DNA of 64,000 nucleotides from Magallana gigas (lineage: Eukaryota): assembly GCF_963853765.1 (NCBI RefSeq), contig NC_088858.1, positions 50,778,001 to 50,842,000 on the forward strand, read 5' to 3'. Below are positions 63,823-64,000 of this stretch, in pieces. The notes below the pieces were generated by a model. It was given only the letters and a program-made list of their open reading frames with translations, ran no database searches and was not told the origin of the DNA. Within the stretch, counting starts at the first letter, position 1. The number at the start of each line of letters is the position of its first letter. Both the position numbers and the translations under genes were made by a program.

Positions 63823-64000
63823 CAACTTTGCCTGTTCATCGTAAGATTTTGTTGGTTTAAACCATGAGCTCCAAAATTAAATGTTGGATGAGATGCTGTT
63901 ATTAATGTTCAAATAGCCTAAATTGACGGCTTTAGGATGATAAGGAATAAATTCTTATTTATGTTTTTTACCTTTTACCATAATTATGAGATGATCATCC

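Noticed and set aside
1-64000. tRNA, rRNA or snRNA genes and bacterial operon or contaminant origin of GH76
   Set aside because: No cloverleaf or rRNA/snRNA motifs were seen. GH76 has spliceosomal introns and is flanked by host microsatellites and genes.

Overview
AT-rich, intron-containing eukaryotic DNA with no prokaryotic features. The gene content and repeat families suggest a bivalve mollusc, probably an oyster (inference). I assembled five intact host genes by hand from splice signals. (1) A Gly/Ala-rich shematrin-like secreted protein with eight GPIYPP repeats and a micro-exon tail RKVY (433-1468, +). (2) An unrecognised ~204-aa secreted Tyr/Asn/Gln/Ser/Lys-rich protein whose signal peptide is split over two small exons missed by the ORF track (31890-33061, +). 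(3) A secreted family-76 glycoside hydrolase with a C-terminal 8-Cys module, from a mainly bacterial/fungal family (37138-38676, -). (4) A 10-exon ADAMTS-like protein with TSP1, Cys-rich, Ig and PLAC domains (43662-50731, +). (5) FBXO22 (F-box + FIST; 54386-57110, +). Between them lie mobile elements: a near-complete Ngaro/DIRS tyrosine-recombinase retrotransposon with an extra SGNH-hydrolase ORF, an ISL2EU-type DNA transposon (THAP-DDE plus a convergent, intron-containing SAP-SWIM-YqaJ-PHD gene), decayed Gypsy, Penelope, Tx1/L1 and Crypton fragments, a V-domain SINE, Helentron-like tandem-repeat carriers and TIR elements. Structural oddities include a perfect 95-bp palindrome and a 73-bp exact duplication that ends precisely at a splice junction. 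No database search was run; all family calls rest on motif recognition.
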